Shown here piece by piece: positions 1 to 11,736 of a DNA stretch of 40,948 nt. Numbering within the stretch: position 1 is the stretch's first letter; each line of letters begins with the position of its first letter. The notes below the pieces were generated by a model. The model ran no database searches. It worked only from the letters and a program-made list of their open reading frames with translations, and was not told the DNA's origin. Origin of the DNA: Welwitschia mirabilis (Eukaryota); assembly GCA_051453625.1 (NCBI GenBank), contig JBOZIK010000001.1, forward strand, positions 12,858,378 to 12,899,325, written 5' to 3'. A program made the position numbers and the translations under genes.

Positions 1-1042
1 TGCCGTCTCCTGTGCCTGCTCGCACTTGCAGCACTGTCCGCGGGTTCACCTTGCACGCTCGTAGTCGCTCTAGTGCTCTGCCTTCTGTTCCCAGCCCTAC
101 TCCAGTGTCCATCACTACCTTTTCATACCCTACAGATGCCTTACTGCCACCTGCACTACTCTGCCTGACGCCGCGACCTCTAGATGGCCGACCTCCTCCT
201 TTATGCTAGTGTTACCTTCTGCATTTAGCGTGCTCCCACAGTTAACCCTTTGTCCTTATGCGTTACATATGATCCGTCCTCTCAGCGCACACCAAGGTGC
301 CCTCCCTACAATGCTTTTCTTATGGTGATCGTCCTCCAACTCTTCGCCTGAACGCATCAGCCAACTGTGGACCTTTGCCTTATAAAATAATGAATAAGCT
401 AAACTGCGTACTACATGCATTGAGGTGCATTGAGGTGATGACGTGTGCATAGAATTTGAAACTTGTGGTGTGCATTTCATTTGTACACCTCATTTAATAT
501 GAGATGATAGACTATTTAGTCCGTTCCATAAAATACTTGTCCTCACGCTTGTGCTAAGATCCCTTCCTAAGCTGTTATCAATCCCCTTCACCCACCTCAT
601 AAGTTAGATGTCAGCAATTATTTTCATAAATGAGCTTAGGCTGAGCCACCTCCATAACATTGTAAAGGACCTAACTACGAGTCTAACCTGAGACATGATA
701 GAATAAAATAAATTTTGGTAGCCTTTTAATTCTTAACTAATCCCCATTATAATTACTAATGATTAGCCTAAATACTAAACTTGCTAAGAGAATAATAATT
801 AACTTAAGTTAAACTAGTTTTATCCTAATGATATGTTATAAAATTCCCATGGAAATTTTCGATTACAAAGCTGGTGTCTTCCTAACATAAACCATAGATC
901 TAACTACATATATGTACTTGAAAATGGATACAACATTTTGGCAAGTTAAAAACCCTTCACATTGATGAAATTGACTTAGAGTGATATTCTTGTGCTTGTA
1001 AAATTTTAAAGTTATTAACTATTATTTTTTTTGGACATTACA
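1..1042 (+). repeat. 5' LTR (3' part only) of Tekay-like element
   Basis: Aligns by eye with 7730-8628; ends ...ggacattaCA immediately before ttt+PBS. Confidence 0.9.
391..527. mobile_element. MITE-like insertion (~137 bp) in the 5' LTR, possibly Mutator- or hAT-derived
   Basis: Absent from the 3' LTR (8119-8135). Flanked by direct repeat ataaaata (382-389, 528-535; 9 bp with one mismatch). Degenerate TIRs tgaataagctaaa / revcomp ggaacggactaaa (8/13). Internal inverted tgaggtg / cacctca. Confidence 0.55.
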
Positions 1043-1045
1043 TTT

Positions 1046-1057
1046 TGGTATTAGAAC
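1046..1057 (+). promoter_or_regulatory. Primer-binding site (tRNA-iMet), degenerate
   Basis: tggtattagaac vs consensus TGGTATCAGAGC (2 transitions), 3 nt after the LTR-terminal CA. Confidence 0.85.
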
Positions 1058-1145
1058 CTAGGTTTGAGTAAATAGATATTTTGATCCTTGGTGAAATCTT
1101 AATCTTGGTAACATTGATTTTCTCTTTGGATTGGCAGAGTAAATC

Positions 1146-2078
1146 ATGCCCCCATGAAGAGCGATACTGCCATCCCCTAATGTANNNNNNNNNNTCTGAT
1201 GAGGATGCATCACGAAAATTGATGATGCAGTTTACGTGAATGAATCCTTCAACCTTTGAGAAATTCGACAATGTGGCCAAAGCAGAAGCCTGATTGATCA
1301 CCATCAGTAAGGAACTGGGGCTATTCAACTTTACTTCTAAACATAAGGCTATTTTGTCTGTTCATCAACTCAGGGCTAGTGTAGCACTCTAGTGGGATGC
1401 AGAAAAGGTGTAACCTACCTTTCCTGAAGAATTGCTTTGGTAGCATTTTGAGGAACTTTTTTGAGCGAGATATATTTCTAAATACTTCAAAAATGCTAAG
1501 GCTGAGAAGTTCTACAACCTTAAGCAAGGATCTGTGACTGTAGTCTAGTATGAAAATAGGTTCATGCAACACTTGTGATATGTACCTGAGATAGCTGCTT
1601 CTAAGGTAGTTAAGATTTATAGGTGGATAGCTGGTTTACACCTCGTAATTCAGAGACAGGAGAAGATTTTCTAATCAAGTACTTTCACTGAGGCCTTGGA
1701 GAAGACTAGATTGGCCAAGGAATCATGGATAGTAGTAATAACTTCAAAGATAAGCATGATAATCCTCAGCAGTAAAGGGGATTCCAAGCTAGGAAGAGAT
1801 CCTTCTGCACGAATTTAAGAGTACTTAGGGGCAGAGGATGGAATGAGACTGCTAGAGTAAATCAAATGGAGGCAAGACAACCTTATGCTAAAGGAAAAGC
1901 ACCAATGGCACCATCATCTACCTCCATAATTGTTAGGCAGCAGGATCCAAAAACAACTGAATGTTATCATTGTGAAGGGCCTCATCTGATTAGGAACTGC
2001 CCAAAATGGAGGAAAGATCAACAGGGAATAGTTAATGTTAAGCAACTATATGCATCTATCTCCAAGGAAGAAACATAA
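1146..2078 (+). pseudogene. gag: gag pseudogene of Tekay-like element
   Basis: Starts atg ccc cca tga aga (MPP*R, cf. MPPRR); retrotransposon-gag-like segments with stops and frameshifts; zinc knuckle CYHCEGPHLIRNC at 1962-2000. Confidence 0.8.
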
Positions 2079-2099
2079 TCGTCAGTAATTCTGGAAACT

Positions 2100-5000
2100 T
2101 CAAGTACCTTCCTTAATGTTCTTACAAGAATTTTAGTAGATCTAAGAGTAACCGATTCTTTTATATCCTCCTTTATCTTCTAGAATTTATTTACTATAGT
2201 TTAAAGTGAAAGTCGAGTAATAGTAGAACTTTCAAATGGTAGTACTATTTGAGTACTTGGTAGAACACCTATTTGTCAAGTTAGTATTGGAGATTATGTT
2301 TTTCGGATCTAATTTTTAATTTTGGAGTTGGAACACTTTGATCTTATTTTAAGCATGAATTAGCTATAGGAAAACAGGGCTCAGATTGATTACTTCTCTA
2401 GGCAAGTTATTGTAATAAAATCAAATGAAGAAAGGGCACAGTTACCTATTCTTACGAGACCTATTATAGAAAGATTAACAAGTAAGAGATAAATAATGAG
2501 GGAAGTGAGGAGAAGTAAAACCCTTGTGATAGTTAGACTCTTGTGCTCTCTTCAATCTCAGCTAAAGATATTTGACATACCTATTATAAGTGAGTATGTA
2601 GATTTATTTCCTGAGGAGCTACCAAATTTTCCCCAAGTAGAAAGAAAGATTTTAAAATATCTCTAAAACTAGGTGTTGAATCCATTTCTAGAGTGCCCTA
2701 CAGGATGTCTCATGTTGAACTGGTAGAATTAAATACCCAAGTAACTGCACTGTTAGACAAGGAGTTAATTAGGCCAAACATATCTTCATGGGATGCACCA
2801 GTTCTTTTCATTAAAAAGAAGGATGGAAGTTTGAAACTCTATGTGGATTACAGAATATTAAATAAGGTCACGATTAGGAATACTTATCCCTTATCCAAGA
2901 TAGAGGATCTTTTTGACCAACTGAAGTATGCTAGAGTTTTCTCCAAGATTAATCTTATGTTTAAATATCATCAGCTAAGGATCAAGGAATAAGATGTTTT
3001 CAAAAAAACNNNNNNNNNNNNNNNNNNNNNNNNNNNNNNNNNNNNNNNNNNNNNNNNNNNNNNNNNNNNNNNNNNNNNNNNNNNNNNNNNNNNNNNNNNN
3101 NNNNNNNNNTAAGGAGTTAATTAGGCCAAACATATCTTCATGGGATGCACCAGCTCTTTTCATTAAAAAGAAGGATGAAAGTTTGAAACTCTATGTGGAT
3201 TACAGAACATTAAATAAGGTCACGATTAGGAATACTTATTCCTTGTCCAAGATAGAGGATCTTTTTGACCAACTGAAGTATGCTAGAGTTTTCTCCAAGA
3301 TTGATCTTATGTTTAAATATCATCAGCTTAGGATTAAGGAATAAGATGTTTTCAAAAAAACTTTTCAAACCAGGTATGGACATTCTGAGCTTATTTAGAT
3401 GAATTTGTTCTGGTTTTTATTGATGATGTTCTAGTATATTATCTAACTAAGGAGGTTCATAAGAAGCATTTGAGAATAGTACTTGATACCTTACAGAAGA
3501 ATCACTTCTAATGCAAATCCTAAGAAGTGTGAGTTTTGGCTATTTAAAATTAAATTTTTAGGACATGTAATTTCTGAAGATGAAGTTAGTATGGATGAAG
3601 AAAAAGATTAAGCTATTATGGAATGGCCTAAGCCTGAATCAGTATCAGAAGTTAGAAGTTTTCTTGGCCTTGCAGGATATTCTAGAAGATTTACCAAAAA
3701 TTTCTCTAAAATAAAGTCCCCATTAACTACATTACTTAGGAATAATAAGTAGTTTGAATGGACTAATCATTATGATTAAGCTTTTCAAATGTTGAAATCA
3801 ATTCTCATTTTAGCTCTAATGTTAAGGATGTTAGAACTAGAAAGGCCTTATACTGTTTACATAGATGCTTAAGGTGAAGGATTAAGAGCAGTACTAGTGA
3901 AAGATTATAAGGTAATCACTTATTCTTTTAGGTAGCTAAAGAATCATGAGAATAATTATCTTATGCATAATCTAGAGTTAGCGCCTGTCATTCATACCTT
4001 AAATATTTGGAGGCATTACCTTTATGGAGAATAGATTGAGATATGGATAGATCATAAGAGTTTGAAGTACATTCACACTCAACCTAACTTGAATCTTAAA
4101 TAAAGGCAATGGGTAGAATTCTTGTAGGACTATAACCTTTCAATAAATTATCATGAAGAAAAGGCCAATGTTGTAGTAGACACCTTAAGTAGAAGAAGGC
4201 ATACCCTTTATAACTTAAGGGCAAGTATTGAATTGATGCACACGACACAAGAAGCACAACAAAATTGTTCACTATGTAGAAGAGTTAGAGAAGTTGGATT
4301 GAAGGGGTTTTTCATTTCGAAAGATGATCTAGTATGCTATTTGGAGAAAATTATGATTTTAGATGTGATAAAGATTAAGCAGTTAATCTTTAAAGAATTT
4401 CATACATCAAAATATGCCATCCATCTAGGAGTAAATAAGATGTATAGAAATATCAAGAAATTCTATTGGTGACCCGATATGAAGTCTGAGATAGTTGATT
4501 ATGTAGCCAAATGTATGCCTTGTCAGCTAGTTAAGGCTGAACACTAGCATTTGGCAGGACTCCTATATCCTCATAGCATTCCGAAATGAAAGTGGAAAAC
4601 TATAGGTATGGACTTCATTACTGGTTTGCCTAAAGCCAAGGGAGAATTTGATTCTATATTTATTGTGATGGATCTTTTAATAAAAAGTGCACATTTCTGT
4701 CTAGTAAAAACAAATGATTCAACCGAACGAATTGTAAGAAATTTACATCTAGATTTTGAACTGCTTTTCATAAGAAACTAAGAACAAAATTAAACTTAAA
4801 TATAGCTTTCCATCCATAGACAGATGGATAGACTAAAGGGGTGAATCAATTCCTAAAGGATTTGTTACGAATGGTTATCCTTGATTTTGGTGGATCTTGG
4901 ATAGAGCATTTGTATTTGGTGTAATTTACATATAATAATAGCTACGAAGAATCAATTAGATGTGTACTATTTAAGGCCTTGTATGGAAGAGTGTATAGGA

Positions 5001-5602
5001 CTCTAGTTTCTTAGTTTGATGTAGTAGATAAAAGGCTACTGCAAGTTCCTTCCACTTAGCAATTAGAAGAAAAAGTTAGATAAATTAGGAACAGACTACA
5101 AGCTGTGAAGGATAGGCAAGTGAAGTATGCAAATCAGCGTAGGAGGCAATTAGAATTCCATGAAGGTGATCATGTATTTCTCAAATTTTCTTCCTTCAAA
5201 GGATTATTTAGATTTGATAAGAAGGGAAAATTAGCCCCAAGGTTTATAGGGCCTTACCAAGTAAATAGAAGAATTAAGCCTATGGCATATGAGTTAGTAC
5301 TACCCCCACAGTTATCTATGTTACATCACATTTTTAATGTATCATCACTGCGGAAATGTATTTCTGATGAATCGAAGATTATTCCAGACCAGGACATTAC
5401 TATACTTTTTGATTATTCTATAGAGGCTCAATCAGCGAAACTACTAAATCAGAAGGAGATGGTCCTTCAAGGAAAAATAGTTAAGTTGCATCAGGTTAAA
5501 TGATCAGGAAAAACTGATGATGAAGCAACCTGGGAGACAAAGGATGACATATTACAGTGGAAACCTAAGCTTTTAGCATGTTTCCAAGAGAAAACCTCTT
5601 GA
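2100..5602 (+). pseudogene. pol: pol pseudogene (PR, RT, RNase H, integrase, chromodomain)
   Basis: PR ILVDLRVTDSFIS (~2130-2168); [48 protein letters not shown] and FIDDVLVY (~3416-3439); RH YIDA (~3858); INT H..H (4401) / CMPC (4512), MDFITGLPK; GPY motif PRFIGPYQV (~5236-5262); chromodomain VK*SGKTDDEATWE (~5495-5536). Many stops and frameshifts. Confidence 0.93.
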
Positions 5603-5611
5603 GGGGGAAGA
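5601..5611 (+). promoter_or_regulatory. Polypurine tract of Tekay-like element
   Basis: gagggggaaga directly after pol and 2 nt before tatcaca (TGTCACA with G->A). Confidence 0.85.
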
Positions 5612-5613
5612 TT

Positions 5614-8600
5614 TATCACATTCAGATTTACTCCAAGGTTAGAAGATTTTTTTGTTTATTTGATAGTTAAATTAAAGACCCATAAAAAGGAAGCATTTAA
5701 ATCTTATATTATTAGGAAATAATAATTAAAAGACCAATACTTACATGATAATATATAAAATTTAACAAAGGATTAATTATGGACTGATGATTAGTTAATT
5801 ATGCACTTTCTATTTCTTATTCATGATAATTATGATTTATGCATTTTAATTTTATATTACTTTTGATTTCATGGATTCTATTAGAAATTAATTGCAGTTT
5901 GGTATAGTTTTCTTTATGTTATATTTTGTCCAATGCAATAGTGAATTTTTGTAATCTAAAGTAATTATTTTTATCATTTATCTCCTGTAATTTAATTTAT
6001 TTATAAAAAGTCATTATATTACTAATTACACATAGTGGCCAGGCTTAGAAGAGAAAGGTTAAGGAAACCTAAACTACTTGTTGAACCTAAACCCTACTGT
6101 TAGTCTTATTGTTAGTTNNNNNNNNNNNNNNNNNNNNNNNNNNNNNNNNNNNNNNNNNNNNNNNNNNNNNNNNNNTTCTGTTTATGTCGAGCTTGAATCC
6201 ACTTGAAGTATTTTAGAATTAGCAAAATCTAGGTGTGATCTTCAATTCTCTTATAAATACTATAATTTCTTTCATGCTTCAGATTTCTTCCATGTATTAA
6301 TATTTTAAATTTTTTATAATTACCCTTGTATGCGTTATTGTGTATGCACTACTTAAGTTTTAGTTCTTATTATTACCTTATGTGACCCTTCTTGTAAATA
6401 TGTGGAGTCAATATCTTATGAATTCATTATAAAACCCTTGTAAACCTTGAGTCATATTGTTGATTAATACCTCTTAATCTATACTAGCTGTTATTTTGAT
6501 GACTAGTGACATTAATATTAATTTAAGATTCAAAATTTNNNNNNNNNNNNNNNNNNNNNNNNNNNNNNNNNNNNNNNNNNNNNNNNNNNNNNNNNNNNNN
6601 NNNNNNNNNNNNNNNNNNNNNNNNNNNNNNNNNNNNNNAACCTAAACCCTACTGTTAGTCTTATTGTTAGTTGTGTGAAATAAATATTTGAGTTCTTTAG
6701 TCTTTAGAGTAATAGGAGAATTCTTGCAAACTATGTTCATGTCGAGCTTGGATCCAACTTGAAGTATTTTGGAGTTAGTGAAATCCAGGTGTGGTCTTCA
6801 ACCCCTCTTGTAAATACTGTAATTTCTTGCATGCTTTAGATTTCTTCCATGTATTAATATCGCAAATTTCGTATAATTACCATGTGTATGCATTATTTTG
6901 TATGCACTACTTGAGTTTTAGTTTCTTATTGTCATCTTATGTGAACCTTCTTGTAGATATGTGGAGTCAATATTTTGTGAAGTCATTGTGAAATCCTTAT
7001 GAACCTTGAGTCATCTAGTTGATTAATCCCCTATTGAACTATACTAGCTATTATCTTGATGACCAGTGACATTGATATTAATTTAAGCTTAAAATTCCGA
7101 CTAAGATAACCAGTTGTTTGAATCTTAAAGGGTGTAACTCTCTGTTATGAGTCTCATGATGATGAGTCTGAACCTCCAAGAAGAAAGGAAAAGATATNNN
7201 NNNNNNNNNNNNNNNNNNNNNNNNNNNNNNNNNNNNNNNNNNNNNNNNNNNNNNNNNNNNNNNNNNNNNNNNNNNNNNNNNNNNNNNNNNNNNNNNNTCG
7301 TGAAACCCTTGTGAAGCTTGAGTCATATTGTTGATTAATCCCCTCTTAACTATACTAGCTATTATCTTGATGACTAGTGACATTGATATTAATTTAAGAT
7401 TAAAATTTTGACCGAGATAACCAGTTGTTTGAATCTTAGAGGGTGTACCTCTCTGTTATGAGTCTCATGATGATGAGTCTGAACCTCCAAGAAGAAAGGA
7501 AAAGATATGCATGCCATCTAAATAATATTATCCATCCTGGTTGTGTGCAACTCACTTACTTTTAATTGATGTGAGATAATTTTAAACAAGATAAGTTTAA
7601 TTGATGAGTGGTCATGTTCATGTCCCCTATGACTTAGTCTTAATCCTTATATTGAGATCCTTGCCTAACCTATTTCCTTGTCTGGGGCCATAATGGGACA
7701 CCTTACACCTACCATCTCAGTGCCTGCCCTGCTGTCTCCTGTGCCCACTTGTGCTTGTAGCACCATCCATGGGTTTCCATTTCATTCTCGTAGCCACTTT
7801 GGTGCTCTGCCTCCTATTCCTAGCCCTACTCTAGCATCCATCACTGCCTTTTCATACCCTAAAGATGCCTTACTATCACCTGCATTGCGGATTCACTACT
7901 CCGCCTGACACCATGGCCTCTAGATGGTTGACCTTCTCCTTTGCACTGGCGTTACCTTCTGCATTTAGCACACCTCCACACTCAACCCTTTTTCCCTGCG
8001 CATTACACTTGATCTATCCTCTCAGTGCACAACAAGCTGCCCTTCCTACAATGCTTTCTTGTGGTAATCATCCTTCAACTCTTAGCTTGAATGCATCTGC
8101 CAACTGCGGATCTTCACCTTACACAAACTTGTCCTCATTGCTTACCCAGCTTATAAGTTAAATGTCAGCATTATTTTTGCAATTGAGCCTACAACCTAGT
8201 GGCTAGGACACCTCCATAATATTGTAAAGGTCCCAAGTTCTAGTCCACCCTAAGACATGAGAGAATAAAATAAATTTTAGCAGCCTTTTAATTTTGAACT
8301 ATTTTCCATTATAACTACTAATGATTAGCCTAATTACTAGACTCTCTTAGAGAATGATAATTAACTCAAGTCAAACAACTTTCATCCAAATGATATGTTA
8401 TAAAATTTCCATGGGAATTTTCGATTATAAGGCTGGTGTCTTCCTAAAATAAACCATAGATCTAACTACATTAATATGTACTTAAAAATGAATACCACGA
8501 TTTGACAAGTTAAAAACCCTCCACATTGATGAAATTACATATCTTAAAAACTTGAATTGACTCAGGGTGATATTCTTGTGCTTGTAAAATTTTAAAGTTA

Positions 8601-8628
8601 TCGAATATTATTTTTTTTAGACATTATA
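5614..8628 (+). repeat. 3' LTR of Tekay-like element (inflated by gap-flanking duplications; true length about 2.1-2.2 kb)
   Basis: Starts tatcaca after the PPT and ends ...agacattaTA, matching the 5' LTR end. 6639-~7095 repeats ~6084-6538, and 7298-7508 repeats ~6978-7197, across N gaps. Confidence 0.85.
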
Positions 8629-8689
8629 GTTAATAGAATTAATGTAACAATTGTAAAATTTATTAATAAAACATAAAACAATATGTTTG

Positions 8690-8872
8690 TTTCATGTAAA
8701 AAACATTCAACATTTTCTTCTTGATGAACAAAATATAAGACAAACATTATTCATCTTCAAAAAAATTCAATTCATTATTAATCAATTCATTAGAGAGAAA
8801 GACATCATACTTGATGTCATATAGACCTAAGTCGAAAACTTAAGTAGGTGGTTCATCATCAACCACTTTCTA
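8690..8872 (+). pseudogene. Probable highly decayed Ty1/copia RNase H C-terminal relic
   Basis: tga aca aaa tat (cf. RTKH), ttc att aga gag aaa gac atc ata ctt gat = FIREKDIILD, and taggtggttcatcatcaaccactt resembling ADxFTKPL. Motif resemblance only. Confidence 0.35.
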
Positions 8873-9160
8873 ATTTTATGCTTGAAATATTATTTATAGT
8901 AATGATGTATTATTAATTATTAATGATATAATCACTTCTATTAAACATGTGTTATATTATAGAATTTGATTTTCCTTTCACTTCATATTTCTACTACTCA
9001 TAAAATAAGCTAAAGCTTCATAATTTTATTCTAACTTGACATACTATAAAATTATTGCACACTTATTCCTAAACTAGCATTAAAAACCATACTATTTCCA
9101 AATTCAAACATAACATAAGAGAATTTCTACTTCAAAAATCTCAATATGGGATTACCAACA

Positions 9161-9173
9161 TGGTATCAGAGCC
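9161..9173 (+). promoter_or_regulatory. Perfect tRNA-iMet primer-binding site preceded by LTR-like ...ccaaCA
   Basis: accaaca|TGGTATCAGAGCC; exact match to the plant copia/caulimovirid PBS consensus. Confidence 0.75.
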
Positions 9174-9230
9174 CATTTTCACTCTAATTTCTAATACTAT
9201 TAATAACAAGAACATAATGATAAATTACTT

Positions 9231-9468
9231 CAACCCTAAGGAGAAATATACAAAAATAGCCTACCTTAAGATTTAATCATCATTTTTTTCATTTATTTTT
9301 TATTAGTAGTTAGTATTAGAATTTGGATTTTTCTTTTATTATATCATTTTACATCATCATCTATTAATACACTGTTATTTCTAGAATTCTAATGGCTATG
9401 ATGAGGGCTTATTTCGTTACAAGATTCTAAGTCTACTTTCTTCTTCCTTGGGTGTGAGGGAATAATTA
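9231..9468 (+). repeat. Degenerate repeat, copy A (inverted partner at ~10995-11205; related copy ~31900-32075)
   Basis: Revcomp of 9381-9468 aligns with 10996-11084 (..aagaaagtagacttagaatcttgtaacgaaataagccctcatcatagccattag.. vs ..aagaaagaagtcttaaaaccttatgatgagataagcccttcttataggcattag..); aatagcctaccttaa vs ttaaggtgggctatt. Confidence 0.65.
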
Positions 9469-10994
9469 TATTATTAATTTTATTCACTTTACATTTATAT
9501 CTCTAATTTAATTAACTCTACTAGTTATGCAATAGTGTTTTCTAAATATTTCTTTTTTACTTATTTAGTAGAATTAGGCCTTTAATGTTTTGTAAATTTT
9601 AGAGGATTGATATCTTAATAAATAATATATTTCATGCAATTCTAGTGTTTTCCTATGCCATTAAAGAAATTACAATTGAGTACTTATACTTCCTCTATGT
9701 TTAAAATTTGTAGAAGCATAATTTATTAACTAACTAGAAAACCAAGCTGTTCTTAGTGGATTATATCTTACTTGACTAAGGTTTACATGATATATTGTCT
9801 TATGAACAATCATTTTTAATTTACAAGAGGAAATATTAATTTAACAAAATACATTTCTTACTTTTTAGACCATCGTTATATTTAATATTTAGATATGAAA
9901 TGTTTAATAGTTCTTGTAAGATTTGAAATAACTTTACAATTCTTGTAAGTAAATAATAATTAGGTTTACCTATGCTGCAATAACATCCCTAGTTTCTTAT
10001 TTAAAATTGCTACTTATAATTTTATTTCTAGGGCATATCTACCATATATCACAATGTATTACAAAAGTCAAGGTGCGAAAATAAGGCTTTTCTTATGAAA
10101 GATATTCTCTAATGTCTTCTTCTTTTACTTAGTGTACTTTCTTCCTTTTTACTATATGATTTTTCTATGCCCTATAATATTTTTAAGACTTAAGTAATAG
10201 AAATGTATGATATTGTTTTTCACAAAAATGAGATTTTAAGTAAATGTTTTTTGTATTTTACACCCTTTTTAGCATTAAAAAATGCTAAATCTTAACAATT
10301 ATTATAATCTTTAATACTTAAAGTTATGTTTAAGTAGTAAACATATAGGTAGCAATTTTAGATTTATAAAACCATAGAAATCTATTATAATATAGGAAAT
10401 CCTAATCTTCATTCTTTCACATGGATTACAAGGGAATTTATAAGGTTATAAAGATTTAGGTTAGTTTACCAAACTATGTTTAAGGAATTTTTTAGGAAAA
10501 TTAGAAAAAGAATTAATAGTATTAATATTAAAAAACTAGTTTCCTAATCATTAGAAATGACTATTCACAAGACAAAATAACAAGAAAGTATAATTTATAA
10601 TTAAGATAATAAATTAAGAAAAAATGATTTTATAGATAAAGCAATGAATTATTCACTATATATTTTAAGTGGAATTAGTACAGCTGGTTTAAAGATGAAT
10701 CATCCCATAATAAAATGTAAGAAATATTATAAATACATGAAATATGTTATAAATACTAATACAACAATCATCTAAGCCCTAATAATACACTAAAATAAAA
10801 TACTATAAATAATAAATATAAACAAGCATTAAAATGAATTATTGCATATTTAGTAACCATATATTAATTAATGATAGAATAAAAAATGGATCTAATTATG
10901 GGTTAAACTACATTAATTAATGATGCAGATAGTAAAGAAAATAACAATCTAGGATGAAGTAACTTATTAGGCTTCACAAGGCAGATTCCTCATG

Positions 10995-11205
10995 AAATAA
11001 TCATTCTCACATGTAAAAAAGGAAGAAAGAAGTCTTAAAACCTTATGATGAGATAAGCCCTTCTTATAGGCATTAGTAATTTAGATCTTAAAAAAAAACA
11101 ATTTTGATGTAAAAAAAATCTTACAATAATGGATGGATCAAGTCAAGAATGAATTCAGTACCTTAGCCTTTAAGGTGGGCTATTCTTACATAGCTAAGGA
11201 TTGGA
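10995..11205 (-). repeat. Degenerate repeat, copy B (inverted relative to copy A)
   Basis: See copy A: two colinear inverted blocks (10996-11084 and 11170-11205). Confidence 0.65.
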
Positions 11206-11736
11206 TTTTTTTTTTTAAATTATAATAGAATGTAGTTGATATATCAAGATGTATGAAATTTGGTATGATAATTAGGATTAATTAATTTAACCCTTAGTCT
11301 TCTTAAGATATTCTTTAATTTTTCAACTGTTAATTTGAATTTTACCCTATTCTATAAGTTTTATTGAATAATTTATTAATTGAATTTCAATCCATCTTTT
11401 CTAGAATTTATCTTCCTCTAAAATGCTAATGACACTGTGAGTCAAGATGGTGGTGCTAATCTTCATGGGTGAGATACCTAAATTGATGTTTAATCATTTG
11501 AGCATAACTTGTAAAATAAAATTCAAGTATCAATTCCTTTAAATATTAATTTAAAAAATNNNNNTACTAAACTTGACTAATGATAGTTTAATATTAAACA
11601 TTAATATTATAAAATTATAATATATTATTTACTAAATTTTATAAATTCAAATGTTTAAAAATTAAAGTATAAATAATGACAATCTCTAATTTTGGTTGGA
11701 GGTGTAAGAAATTGAAAATTTTTAGGATTTTAATAC

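Larger units (their letters stand above)
1..8628 (+). mobile_element. Ty3/gypsy chromovirus LTR retrotransposon (Tekay/Del-like), decayed; 5' LTR truncated by window start
   Basis: Seen: 1-1042 is homologous to ~7730-8628 (paired LTRs); Met-type PBS at 1046; domain order gag-PR-RT-RH-INT-chromodomain; PPT gagggggaaga at 5601-5611. Knowledge: INT after RH plus a C-terminal chromodomain and ~2 kb LTRs is typical of Tekay/Del chromoviruses. Confidence 0.93.

Noticed and set aside
1038..1572. Minus-strand ORFs (96 and 83 aa) as antisense genes
   Set aside because: Antisense shadows of gag with no recognisable motifs; one spans an N gap.
2994..3361. Apparent tandem duplication of the RT N-terminus
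   Set aside because: It flanks a 100-N placeholder gap, as do the other such duplicates; most likely an unmerged contig overlap or haplotype.
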